Source: the human T2T-CHM13v2.0 reference genome, Homo sapiens. Taken from it: a DNA stretch of 64,000 nucleotides. This document shows positions 16,711 through 29,500 of the stretch, in pieces. How positions within the stretch are numbered: the stretch's first letter is position 1; each line of letters opens with the position of its first letter. The stretch lies in NCBI RefSeq assembly GCF_009914755.1, contig NC_060942.1, one strand, 5' to 3'. A model generated the notes under the pieces. The model did not search any database. It was given only the letters and a program-made list of their open reading frames with translations, and was not told the DNA's origin. The translations under genes were made by a program, and so were the position numbers.

Positions 16711-17370
16711 AGTGTGGGTGGAACCTAGAGAAGATATCTGTCCAGGAGAGACAGCCATACTTGGAACTAGAAAATGGGTAAGACATAATCATGAGCTATA
16801 TGGGCCATTTCAGGCAGAAGGAATGTTGTTCAAACACCTCTAGTGAGAGAGGAAACATGGCATTTTTGAGCAACTGTCAGGAATGTAGTATCGTGGGACA
16901 GCAGAGTAAGGAGAAAGTGGCTATGACGTAAGCAGGGTGGGGATCAGCAGAGTCTTGTCGGCAAGGTTCAAGAGCTTGGGCTTTGTCTTGAGTGCAATAA
17001 TGTAGCCTTGAAAAATTTGCAGCAGGAAGGGATGACACAGGCAAGGGAGACTGGTTAGGAGGCTATTGAGTTATTTAATATGAGAACGCAGTGGTAAAAG
17101 GGTGGGCTTTATCCATTCTCTATTAGCCTCCTCAAATCCATTTCAGATAAACTTAAGTTTAAACAGAGTATTTGCTGAACAAATTCAACTTCAGATACAC
17201 CAGATCCCCTTCCAGTCCCATTTCCATATATCCCTATATTTACATACTCATTTTTGAGGCAGAGTTGAACCTTTGAATAAAGCAGTCGAAATTAAAAGTT
17301 CAAAAATACATTTCTTATATACTTAGTTGGTGATGATTTGTAAATACGAGAACTATATTCTTCTTTATAG

Positions 17371-17488
17371 GACTACATTGAGTGTGCCGAAAAATTATAC
17401 GATGCCAAAGTGGAGCGAGTTGACTTTACGAATCATTTAGAAGACACTAGACGTAATATTAATAAGTGGGTTGAAAATGAAACACATG
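17371..17488 (+). CDS. SERPINB7: SERPINB7 exon 5 (118 nt)
   Basis: ctttatag|GACTAC...ACACATG|gtgagt encodes DYIECAEKLYDAKVERVDFTNHLEDTRRNINKWVENETH(G). Confidence 0.96.
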
Positions 17489-19708
17489 GTGAGTATTGAA
17501 ATACCCTATTTTTCTACAAGATTTGTCAGTTATATGTGAATACTGGGAACAAAAGCTGGGAGTCTTTTGTACATACAAGGAACAGCTCCTCCTAGTTCAA
17601 AGTAATGATTGCTGCTACTTAAAATTGCTTTAGTATTTGTCTGCAATGTGGTTTGGAATAATCTTAATAATTTGAATGCTTTGTACTTTTCAGAAGTTCA
17701 GTCTTTTACATTATCTCATTTAATTGGCAAAACCCTGCAGGACAAACATATTATTGTGACCACTTCATATATGAATAACAAGCTGAGTTAATTTGATAAA
17801 TTAACCTCAATATCTCACCCTCGTTAGTGAACAAAAACTAAGAGTTATTATTTTCTTATTACTTTCAATGACCACATTATTATTTTCAATGACCACAGCA
17901 TAACATTTCATTTAATAATCAACCTATTTTTTAAAGATAGGGCTGATTTTCATACTTTATAATTGCTTTATGGACTGAATCTTATTAAAGCTATAACATT
18001 CTACTGTCAAAGAAATGTATTTTCATGATATTGCTTTTTCCAAGGATGTATAGTATATCTCTCATTTAAAAATGTTCTTTATTTACCAAAATAATTTATG
18101 TAACAAAGGTAGTACCTTCCAGAAAAAGTACAGCTCTTTATTGGTAAGTCTCTGTCACAACTAAAAACGTAATTCCAGCTAATGTTCTGGTTTAGTGCAA
18201 AGCAAATAAAGAAATTTATTAATCCTTGCTTTGTTCATCAACCAATTCCAAAGCTAGTAGTTGTTTCATTACCTAAGGGTTGGCCTTGATTTGTACTCTA
18301 AATATTGTACCTGTATTTACTAAGCCTAGCTGTGCCTCAGAAATATGATATAATATATCTTGCACTTTTAAATGCAAACTTTCAGCAGCATACACTTAGT
18401 CCTGGGACTAAGAATGCAGTGTATAAATTTTCTTTTTATTCATTCATTCCTCATTATATTCATAGTGGGTTACTTTGATGTTTAGCCATCACCTGTTTCA
18501 TATATAGCACTTATAAATCAAGACAAACTATGTAATTATTACTCTTCTAAAATCTAGGTGGGATTCTATTTAATATTTAACATAAGGGTGTCAGATTGCT
18601 AACAACTTTTTCTATTTAGACTAGTTATTTATTTCTCTTCCTTTCTCATGTAAATCTATGCATAATTACTCTAATTTTTCATAAGCATATCTACTCAATA
18701 TTTATTTGAGGAAGCACTTTAAAATGTTGCCAATATTCTAAACAACCCTACCCAGGTCTTGAAGCCCACATCCTCTACACAATATCAGAGCCATCCTTTT
18801 GAAAGGCAAATCAGATCCATCATGACCATGACCTTTCTTGTCTTTCAATGAATCCTGAGCAATTATTTCCCATCATCTTCAAAATAATCCACAATTCTTA
18901 CCAGACATTCAAGCCTCTTCATTATCAGGCCCTTGCTTCCAATCTTGCCAACCTTATTCTCCCCGACAAATACACCTTGCTCTTTCAGGTTTCTGTGCCT
19001 TTGAATAAATAGTCTCTGCTTTATGGAAGCTCTTCCTGCTCCCCACTGTTCTTCAGCTAAAGCAGATAGCCACAGAAAAAGTTGGGTGACTTTAATCTGT
19101 GCTCCCACAGTGCACTGAGGTCAGACCTCTATGTTACTGGTGGGTTACAACTGCTCTTTGGATGTTGACTCTTCTGTGCTGGACTGGGAGCTCAATGATG
19201 GCACAGGCTATGTCTTTCATATTTGTAATTCAAATATGCAGAATAGTGCATAGCATCCAGCAAAAATTTCATTTATGTGGAATGAAGGAGGGCATTACCT
19301 TTCAATGGATTGAAGTACTGTAGTAGCAAAAGGTGGCCTAGTCAATGCAGTAAAGGCACTTTGGTACCTATGAGCAGGGACCCTGGGGTTGTCTCCCTGG
19401 GTTGGAATCCTATTGCTATCACTTTCTTGTTGTGTGTCTTAATCTCTTTGTGCCTTAGCTTCCTCAACAGGAAATGGAAACAATAATAGTGCCTACCTCA
19501 CAGGGATTATGTAAGGATTAAACCAAAGATTGCCTTTAAAGGGCCTAGAAAGTGCTGGACACATTAATTGCTCATAGGTTATTCTTAATATTCTTATTGG
19601 TGTTATTATGTGTTAAGAAAAAAACTTCATACCAATTAATGGTCTTTTTAAATCATTTTTAAAATTATATTAAAATAAACGTTTTTCCCTCAATTTTTTT
19701 TTCAAAAG

Positions 19709-19851
19709 GCAAAATCAAGAACGTGATTGGTGAAGGTGGCATAAGCTCATCTGCTGTAATGGTGCTGGTGAATGCTGTGTACTTCAAAGGCAAGTGGCAA
19801 TCAGCCTTCACCAAGAGCGAAACCATAAATTGCCATTTCAAATCTCCCAAG
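19709..19851 (+). CDS. SERPINB7: SERPINB7 exon 6 (143 nt)
   Basis: ttcaaaag|GCAAAATC...CCCAAG|gtatgt encodes KIKNVIGEGGISSSAVMVLVNAVYFKGKWQSAFTKSETINCHFKSPK, including the serpin strand 3A motif LVNAVYFKGKW. Confidence 0.96.
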
Positions 19852-21164
19852 GTATGTCGTCAATCTCCTATTTAATTTAGAACTTTTCCACAATCGTATT
19901 CCTTTGCAGGACTGTGATAGTTACATAGTAAACTCTAGGTTCACCGTTTTAAACCCATTTCTTCTTTTGCATTACCAATATCATATGGTCAGTTGCTTTA
20001 TAAAGCAAACTTTCTATTTTCCCTGTCATGCAGGCTATGAAACACCACCAAACGTGTCTTGTAAATTGGTATTCTTTAAAATACATTCAAAATTGAAAGA
20101 AGTGGTATGAATGTATCTTAAGATATTATAATTGGAGACCTATAAGAAAATATATGACAAAAGTGTATTTTTCATTTTTCATTTTTTTAACCATGAGGTC
20201 TATACTTAAAATCATTTACCATCAATGATTTTCCTGAGTCACAGCAGGGAATGTGTTCTCTTTTGCAAGGGGAAAAGTTATATTTAGTAAAGTTATGCAT
20301 TTCCAAGTACAAGCCATATGTATTTCTTCATTTAGTTCTGTTTTTGATCTAAAACATCTTATTGCCAACCTTTATAAAACATATATTCTTGGGTTTTAAA
20401 ATCAATTTGTACACAGTAATCTTAGTACAGCAGAAACAACAAAGCTCTTGCAGTCAGGAATGTTGTATTGGGGCCCCTGCCTTGCTTCACAGAAGCTGCA
20501 TTCCTGTTTCATGTGTTATTCTTTTTCTCCTAATTTCTTTTTATTTTAAAAAGCATTACTATATCATAATATTGTTTTAAACACTCTTCCTGCTAGTCCA
20601 CACACCCTATGTAATGTAGCTATAGCAGACAGCTTGTAATGTAATATGCTGTTGAATCTAGATCTCTGATATCAATGTTAGTTCTATCATATTAAAAATT
20701 GGTGACATAATCTCTCCAGCATAACCCAGATGTGTGATTCTTTCCCTGCCCCAGTGAGACATCCTGTCTATCACATCCCAGTCCCCATGTGTATCAGGCT
20801 CACTTCTGGGGACCTGTCTCACTAAGCAGGTAGATTTCATGTGTGTTCTTTCTGAGGATTGGACTTTAAGTCAAAAAAGGCAACCTTTCCAGAGAAGGAC
20901 CTTTGGTTCAAGGACAGAGAATTATCTGTCCTCCCCATGTAGGATGTTTTTTCCTAAAAGGGGATATTACAGAAATGTTGACAAGTTTGCAGATCGTAAT
21001 ATTACTAGGAGAAAATTTATTGCACCTCAGTGTTGTCTCTAAATCTATAAATGATATTCTCAAGATAAGAGCTACTTATTTTTTGCCCTAGTGAATTTGA
21101 GGGACATTATCAAATACCTTGCAGGAATCTCTATTTTTCTGAGACCTCATGCTTAAATAGCGTA

Positions 21165-21466
21165 TTTTTTTTTTTTTTGAGACAGGGTCTTAAGCTTGCT
21201 CAGGCTGGAGTGTAGTGGTGAACTCACTGCTCACTCTAGCCTTGACCTCTTGGGCTCAGGTGGTCCTCCCACCTCAGCCTCCCAAGTAGCTGGGAGTACA
21301 GGCATGTTCCACCACACCCAGCTGTTTTTTATTTTATTTTATTTTTAGTAGAGATGCAGTCTCGCCATGTTGCTCAGCCTGGTCTTGAGCTCTTGGGCTC
21401 AAGTAGTCCTCTTGCCTGGACCTCCCAAAGTGCTGGGATTACAGGCATGAGCCACAGCGCCTGGTC
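21165..21466 (-). mobile_element. AluJ-like SINE
   Basis: Diverged full-length reverse Alu. Confidence 0.88.
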
Positions 21467-21970
21467 TTAAATCATGTAATTTTGTTAGTACTAGTCTGTG
21501 TTTTACTTCTGAGAAGAAAAAAAAACCTATAGCATTCATTTTTCATTTTAATGTTATTTAGTAAATTTTCATTACTTATTATAGAGACTTTTCAGTTAAA
21601 ATACTAAGTACAAGGCAATGTTCCAAGTGCTAGCTATATTAATTCACATAATCCTCACAACAATCCTGTACAGCAGGGATTATAGTCATTCCCATTCTAT
21701 AGATGAGGAAATGGAGGAACAGAGAGGAACAGTAACTCACCCAAGGTCACATAGTTAGGAAATTTTAAACTCAAGGAATCAAATTTGAAGTCTTGGCTTT
21801 ACCACTAAGATTTGCACCAATGCAACCACTATTGGTAACATGTCAGGAAAAAATCTGCAGGGTCAACTGAGCAAAAATTTATTGACCAAGTACAATATTC
21901 TTATATGTATTTGGTTAATAAAGTAAAATGAGGTGGGATCATAAATAATTTTTTGTGACTTGACTTTCAG

Positions 21971-22117
21971 TGCTCTGGGAAGGCAGTCGCCATGATGCAT
22001 CAGGAACGGAAGTTCAATTTGTCTGTTATTGAGGACCCATCAATGAAGATTCTTGAGCTCAGATACAATGGTGGCATAAACATGTACGTTCTGCTGCCTG
22101 AGAATGACCTCTCTGAA
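21971..22117 (+). CDS. SERPINB7: SERPINB7 exon 7 (147 nt)
   Basis: actttcag|TGCTCT...TCTGAA|gtaagt encodes CSGKAVAMMHQERKFNLSVIEDPSMKILELRYNGGINMYVLLPENDLSE. Confidence 0.96.
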
Positions 22118-22529
22118 GTAAGTTACGACTGTCATTTTCACTATTGGGAAATAAGACTTTTAGGATACTGTTGATTCAGTTTTCACTGATAAACTGTAAG
22201 ATTTCAGGGTATTGAGATACTAGAGACTTACCTGCTTATTAATTTATTTGACAAATATTTAAGGGGTACCTAGTATGAGCCAGACATCATTATAGTTGCT
22301 GAGATTGACTTAACTCAGTTTAGCATAATTTCAGTTGAGTAGTGATCAAATTGGAACTCTCTCAAATGTCAGCTATGGAATTAAAAAGACATGAGTTTAG
22401 GCCTTTTTGGTGTTTGGCCATGAATACAGTCTTCTACGTGTCATTGAAATTTTGCTAGACTGAGCATCTTTAGGCAGGTATGATATGATAGAGTCCTGAG
22501 CCTTTTAGAATTAAAATGTATGGTCTCAC

Positions 22530-23262
22530 TGTAATTGGACAAGAGGGTCTCCCTGCCTGCTGCACAGACAAAATCAATTCACTGAGGGCACAGCATTGTA
22601 GTAAAGAGAGTTTAATTGATGCAAGGCCGACCATGCCACATGGGAGATGAGGTCACTACTACTCAAATCAATCTCCCTGAAGGTTTGGAGGTTAGGAGTT
22701 TTCAAGGATAGTTTGGTGGGCAGCGGTCTAGGGAATGAGCACTGTTGATTGGGTGGGGATGCAGTCACAAGTGTGTGTAAAACTGTCCTCATGCACTGAG
22801 TCCACCTCTGGACTCTGTGGGGGCCAGAGGACCGGTTTAGTCATGAGTCATGAGTCCAAGTGGAGTTAGTGTCAGAAATGTAAAAGTCTGAAAAGACATC
22901 TCAAAAGGCCAGTCTTAGGTTCTACAATAGTGATAGTATCTACAAGAGTCATTGAGGGGGTTACAAATTTTATGGCCTCCATAACAATGATTGGTTAATG
23001 TTTACTATCTCTACATCGTGGCGGAATTCAGGCCTCTCTCATAATCATAATCATGTGGTCTTTCATTAGTTTTACAAAGGTGGTTTAGTTTTGGGAAGGG
23101 CTACTATGATCCTTGCTTTACATTCAAACTATAAACTAAATTTCTTCCAAAGTTATCTTAGCCTATGCCAAATAATGACCAACAACATCTTGGAGGTTAG
23201 CAGCAAGATCAAGTCAACTATGTCAGATTTCCTACTGTTATAATTTTGCAAAGGCAGTTTCA
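22530..23262 (-). mobile_element. Solo ERV1 LTR (LTR8-family-like) in SERPINB7 intron 7
   Basis: TG...CA ends (tgtaattgg ... gcaaaggcagtttca), 4-bp TSD tcac on both sides, 733 bp; family assigned from recalled consensus. Confidence 0.8.
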
Positions 23263-25341
23263 TCACTCCATGCTGCTGTGTCTCAAGTGAAAAGCACAGT
23301 TTAGGGACTGCCCTGTGACTGATGTGGCAGGAGAAATGGACCAACACAGTGCAATGGGGAGACGGTGGGGGCCGTGCAAGCCAGACACCACCACTGAATC
23401 TCAGAGCCTGATCTTTTTTCAGCCCTTTTTCTGCTTTTCCTCCTCCTGAACTTGGCTCTTTGAGTTTGATCTGCAATCTCAGAGGCCTGGACTCATCTCC
23501 CTTCTCTATTCTCTCATTAAAAAGGAATAATAGGTGCCATTTATTGAGCACCTACTACATCCCAGGCCATGTGCTCTGAGCTTCATTTATATTACCTTGT
23601 TTGATGTTTATAGCAAGCATGTGAGATAGGGAAGGGAGGCTGACAGAATTTGGTCAATTTTTCTGATAGATACATATGTATAGATATGCATATTTGTGTG
23701 TATGTATGTGCACACACATATATGTATGTCAGCTATACTGAAAAGTTACATACACTTAAAAGTATTTGTTTTGTTTTGACTTGGAAAATAATGAATATTT
23801 GCTGTGGAATAACAGGACAGGGGAATGAATATAAAGAAACAGACATGCCTACCATCCAAGGGGCATTAGTATGATTTAAAAACATGACTTTAAAGCTTTG
23901 GAATGACACTTTCTGCATAGACAAAGATTACGGAATTTTAGCAACAACTTTCTTTCATTACGTTTTCATCTTAATTATTTTGACATGAGAAGCAAGAGAA
24001 ATGTCATAAAATTGGTACTATTAAATCTAAAGTATGACCATATAAAATATTGGTCCTCATATTAAACCTATAATTCACGTGATAATCTTCATAACAGTCA
24101 GATTTTAGCATACAGCAATTAGTTTAACTTGAAATAATCTGCAACAGAAAAAGTAGCCCAGATAAAGCAAGCTAACAATATAGTTTTATTCTTGCACTTA
24201 CTGTCTGAATTTTCCTTTTCAGTAATAGATTTACCTAATAATGTTTGAATCTGACTATTATAAACCTACATACTATACAATCTTAAATACCTGCATAATC
24301 TTTCATAACCAGATAACGATGAGGAAGTTGGATCTCAGTGCACTAAATGAAAAAAAAAATTCCAACAGGGTAAAAATATATTACAGATTAACCACAAAAC
24401 TGGATAACTAAAACAAAAAATTCAAATTAGACTAAATTTGATTGTATAAATTTAGGTCCTTGATAAGAATACAAGTTAAATTTAATATCAGTAAAAAGTT
24501 GTTTAGGATTGAAGTTGAGCCTGAATTTAGGAAGAAATGTCCTTATGTAAGATTTCTAAACAATGTTTATGAAAAATCTTCTTATTCTAAATTGAGAATT
24601 TATGATCAATTCTCAGTATTCAAGAGCTGGTGAATTGGCTTTGTGAATTGTTTGTGGGCAGCGATGCTGTTGGAGAGAGAGATAAGGACTCTTCTAGCTG
24701 TGTAACTAAGGTTGCTTGCTTTGCATTCAGGCATATCCAGCTACATCCTCCTGCACTTCAGTTGCCTCATCTGTTGAGAACAAGAAATTGATTTGAATTC
24801 AAGCTTCCCAGACAGTATGGGTAACTGCACTGGGAGATATTGGTCACCCAAACCTTTGAGGCTGGAGCTCTGGCCTCCTTGCCTCAGGCCACGTGGGGTT
24901 CCTTTGGTTTACTCCAGTAAGCTGTGCAAACATTATTTTATCTGTCTTTCATGATGAGGAGATGGCTAGGAAATATTGATTTAAATGACCACTGGGCTCC
25001 TTTCTCCCTCTAATGGTCTCAAATTCCCAGGTTCCTTCACCTGTCTATTGCTCCACGTTGGCTGTATCTGCTCATGGGTGAGCAGAGAGTGGAATTGCCC
25101 TAAGGTGCAAATAAGTCATGCCTTCTCATAGTAGAGCAAATTAAACATGGGATTTGTTTAAAAGTACTTGAGCTATTCATTTTATTCATGTTCTGTTTCA
25201 AGACTGCCCAAGACACATTCATGTACTTGAACACAAATATCCAGGAAGCGATAATTATAGAAAACTATGTATCTCTGTAGCTATTGTTTTATCTATCACT
25301 TGACCATATGATTCTAAATTATCTCTGAATTATTTTTACAG

Positions 25342-25740
25342 ATTGAAAACAAACTGACCTTTCAGAATCTAATGGAATGGACCAATCCAAGGCAAATGAC
25401 CTCTAAGTATGTTGAGGTATTTTTTCCTCAGTTCAAGATAGAGAAGAATTATGAAATGAAACAATATTTGAGAGCCCTAGGGCTGAAAGATATCTTTGAT
25501 GAATCCAAAGCAGATCTCTCTGGGATTGCTTCGGGGGGTCGTCTGTATATATCAAGGATGATGCACAAATCTTACATAGAGGTCACTGAGGAGGGCACCG
25601 AGGCTACTGCTGCCACAGGAAGTAATATTGTAGAAAAGCAACTCCCTCAGTCCACGCTGTTTAGAGCTGACCACCCATTCCTATTTGTTATCAGGAAGGA
25701 TGACATCATCTTATTCAGTGGCAAAGTTTCTTGCCCTTGA
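25342..25740 (+). CDS. SERPINB7: SERPINB7 last coding exon (exon 8) with reactive centre loop
   Basis: tttacag|ATTGAAAAC...TGCCCTTGA. Hinge EEGTEATAATG, predicted P1-P1' K347-Q348, serpin signature FRADHPFLFVI. Exons sum to 1143 nt = 380 aa + stop. Confidence 0.97.
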   Translation: MENKLTFQNLMEWTNPRQMTSKYVEVFFPQFKIEKNYEMKQYLRALGLKDIFDESKADLSGIASGGRLYISRMMHKSYIEVTEEGTEATAATGSNIVEKQLPQSTLFRADHPFLFVIRKDDIILFSGKVSCP

Positions 25741-26456
25741 AAATCCAATTGGTTTCTGTTATAGCAGTCCCCACAACATCAAAGAACCACCACAAGTCAA
25801 TAGATTTGAGTTTAATTGGAAAAATGTGGTGTTTCCTTTGAGTTTATTTCTTCCTAACATTGGTCAGCAGATGACACTGGTGACTTGACCCTTCCTAGAC
25901 ACCTGGTTGATTGTCCTGATCCCTGCTCTTAGCATTCTACCACCATGTGTCTCACCCATTTCTAATTTCATTGTCTTTCTTCCCACGCTCATTTCTATCA
26001 TTCTCCCCCATGACCCGTCTGGAAATTATGGAGAGTGCTCAACTGGTAAGGAGAACGTAGAAGTAGCCCTAGGGATCCTTTTTGAAACTCTACAGTTATC
26101 GCAGATATTCTAGCTTCATTGTAAGCAATCTAGGAAATAAGCCCTGCTGCTTTCTAGAAATAAGTGTGAAGGATAAATTTTCTTTGTTGACCTATGAAGA
26201 TTTTAGAGTTTACCTTCATATGTTTGATTTTAAATCAGTGTATAATCTAGATGGTAAAAAATGTGAAATTGGGATTAGGGACCAACCAAAATATTTCATT
26301 AATGCTTTCAATTGACAAATTTTGGCCTTTCTTTGATAAGACAATATGTACATAGTTTTTTCAAATATTAAAGATCTTTTAACTGTTGGCAGTTGTTATC
26401 TACAGAATCATATTTCATATGCTGTGTAGTTTATAAGTTTTTTCTCTATTTATCAG

Positions 26457-26462
26457 AATAAA
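26457..26462 (+). terminator. SERPINB7 polyadenylation signal
   Basis: AATAAA about 720 nt after the stop, followed ~20 nt later by a GT/T-rich tract (gtgtgattgttttcc). Confidence 0.75.
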
Positions 26463-26545
26463 GAAATACAACATACCTGTACAGTGTGATTGTTTTCCTC
26501 TGACCAATTGTAGGACAACTAGGGCTTTCTTTGTTTTCTAGGCAA

Positions 26546-26571
26546 AGCAAGCAAGCAAGCAAGCAAGCAAG
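26546..26571. repeat. (GCAA)n microsatellite
   Basis: About 6 tandem gcaa units. Confidence 0.9.
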
Positions 26572-29500
26572 AATTCTTTTATAATATGTTTGATTTGATT
26601 CAATGTGGCTCGTTTATTACACATAAAATTGCTTATACAGATATATAGACTGATGAACTAATTTTAAGCAGTAGTATTTAAATTCATGAGGGAAATGATT
26701 TGTGTATATGAATATTTATAATAAGCCATCTGTAATTTTATAAACAGAAGAAAAATAAATTGAGAATCAGTAGATCATGCTGAACTTACTTATGAGTTTG
26801 TAAACAATGAGTCCATTGAATTATATTTTCATCAAAAAACACTTTTACCTGAATAGGAACTGTATAAATCAATGATAGCCTACTGCATGTCTCTGCAGTG
26901 CTTAATACCAGACCTGGCAGATACCTAATTTTCAACAAATATTGTGGAATCTAAAAATATGATATAAATGAGTAAATATGACATGACTTGAAATATGTAG
27001 AAAATCTCTTGACCAAAATAATTTAACCACTAACCTGTGGCACCCGAACTATTACAGCTTTCAGGACATTTATGGAGAGTGAATTTCAGTGGCATGTTTT
27101 GAGAGAGGAATTGATTTTTCTGATCACCATTCCAATCTATGACCGTTCAAAGCATGACCTCAGGAAATAGGCGATGGGAACATGCATTCGGCTGGTGGCC
27201 ATATTGTGTTGGGGGTTAGGTATCGACATACGGACTTGGGGAGATCACAAACATTCACACGTAGCACTATAGACAAACTAAATACAAAATTTCTCTGCAA
27301 TTTTGGTTGGTTCGTCCTGCCCATATGTCCATCTCATGTTTAAGGGTCCCAACTTATTCAGAGAATGGCTATATTGTGTAGTCATGATCTAGGCTTTAGT
27401 TTAGTGGAACTTTCATAAGCTTGAAACAGCTTCTGAAACTGTGGTGCCTGTGGAATCATCGATCTTTTCTGTTGAATGTTGTCAAACATCAGGATCAACA
27501 GCAGCAAAGGTAACATCTGTTCAGCTCCTCTCTTACCATTGAAGTTCATGCTTCCTGGGACAGGATTCGTGTCTGATTTGTTTTTGTATCCTCACAATCC
27601 CAGAGCAATACTTGACATATGGTAGGCACTCAGTATATCTTTAGAATAAATATAGTCATTCGTTTCAAGAACATGATTTGAGTTGGAAAGAAGAACATAG
27701 GGACCACTTTAGTATAAGGACATGTCACTGACCTTGTAATGGATTCTTTTTTATACAAAGATGACTTTTCGTCTTTCAGGTTCATAATTCTTTAATCTGT
27801 TTATTAACCACAGTTATTTGCAGGGTTCTTCTCCTCTTTTTCAAAATTCTTTCTATATATAATTCCATCCAGTCACATGGCTTCAATAATTGCTGGTGAC
27901 AACTATCTATATGCTTAACTTCATCTTGATTCACAATTGCCTCCTGATAAATCCACCTGAATGTCCTAGGGTGAAACTAAACACATCTAAGAGGAAACAC
28001 ATACCCCTTTCCTTGAGTTTGTTATCCAGTCTTCGGTGCTCATTGTGGTCCTTTGACTAAAACTCAAACACGAAACATCAAGATGATCCTTGTATCTTCC
28101 TCCTTTTTCACAATGGAACTGTTTATTGGTGTTACCATGAAAATGACTCTTGAATATATCCTGTTTTCTTCTTTTTCATTAACACTGACCTTGTTTAGGC
28201 TGCATTTCTTCTCTGGATTCGTCTCGTATCTGTTCTACCTGTCTCTTGTGACTCTTACTTTTCTCTCACTTTTAAAGTTGTGAAGATATTCTATGTTTTC
28301 ATCTATAAATGCCAGTTTTCTACCTAAAACACAGATCAGATCAAGTTCATATTCTTATAAAACACTGACAGCTCTTCACCCTCTCAGGATAGAGTCTAAA
28401 CTTTCTAATACGACATTCAAAGCCTTCCCACAAGGTTACTCTACCTTCCTTTTCCTATTTGTTTTGCCACTCTCTGCCAAAGACTCTAACCTGAGGTAAC
28501 TTGTACTATTTGGAAACCAAATCCACTACTCTCACATTGTTTAGCTTGTCCCATCTGACTGGGATGCTCTCTCTATCTTTGTTTGATAAGACTCATTTAA
28601 TTGTTCAAGAAACTGGCCATGTTCATGTTCTCTGTGTAGCTTTTCACTCAGCTGGACTCAAAGAACACATTGTGCATCCTTGTATGAGAGCTGTGTTCAG
28701 ATTTCTTGCTATGTGTTGTTTGTGTGTGTGCACGTCTATATGCGTATGTATGTGCATGTATGTTGTGTGGTGTCTCGCTAGCTAACAAACTCTTTAAGGA
28801 CAGAAAATGGCATATGGTAGGTATCCCTTTCAAATGTCAAATGAAAAAACTCCCTTAGAGTCCTAAGAAAGGAACAAAGTCAGAGTACAAGTGCAGACTG
28901 TATCCAGCCCTAATTCCCACCTCCACCAGGGGCTCCTGAGAACTTTCTATGTTCTGCTAGTCATATGCCAAAGCCCATATGAAGGCACAATCTTGATCTC
29001 TAAGGTGGGCGAAGGAGCACTACTGGATCTTCTGTTATTAGAGGGGTAGGAGGAAGTGTGTTTCATTCATCTCTCAATGCCCAGGCGAAGCATTACTGTC
29101 ATCATCTTCACAATCATTTTCTTCATTGCCATTCCTGCTTCATCACTTACAAAACAATTTCCCAGGCTTCATCTCAATTGTCAGTACAGTTGTGTGAAGT
29201 GGGAGTTATTATGATTATTATTGTTATTTCTATTTCATAAGAAAAATAATGTTCAGAGAGGAGAGGCAATTTCCCAGGATCATGTGTGCTGTTTCCCTCA
29301 TAACATGCTGTTGTGGACTTCATTACAAATCTTACTTATGCCTCAGCTGTGCTCAGAGTCCTCTCATTTCATGCCCCAGAATGTCACATGGCTCACTTCT
29401 TCCCTGGCATTCGTACTGACTGATCAAGCATCGTTGATGACCTCAGATTTTCTTGGAACACCGCACCTCTTACAAATTTGGACAAGTCCATAATGGCTAT

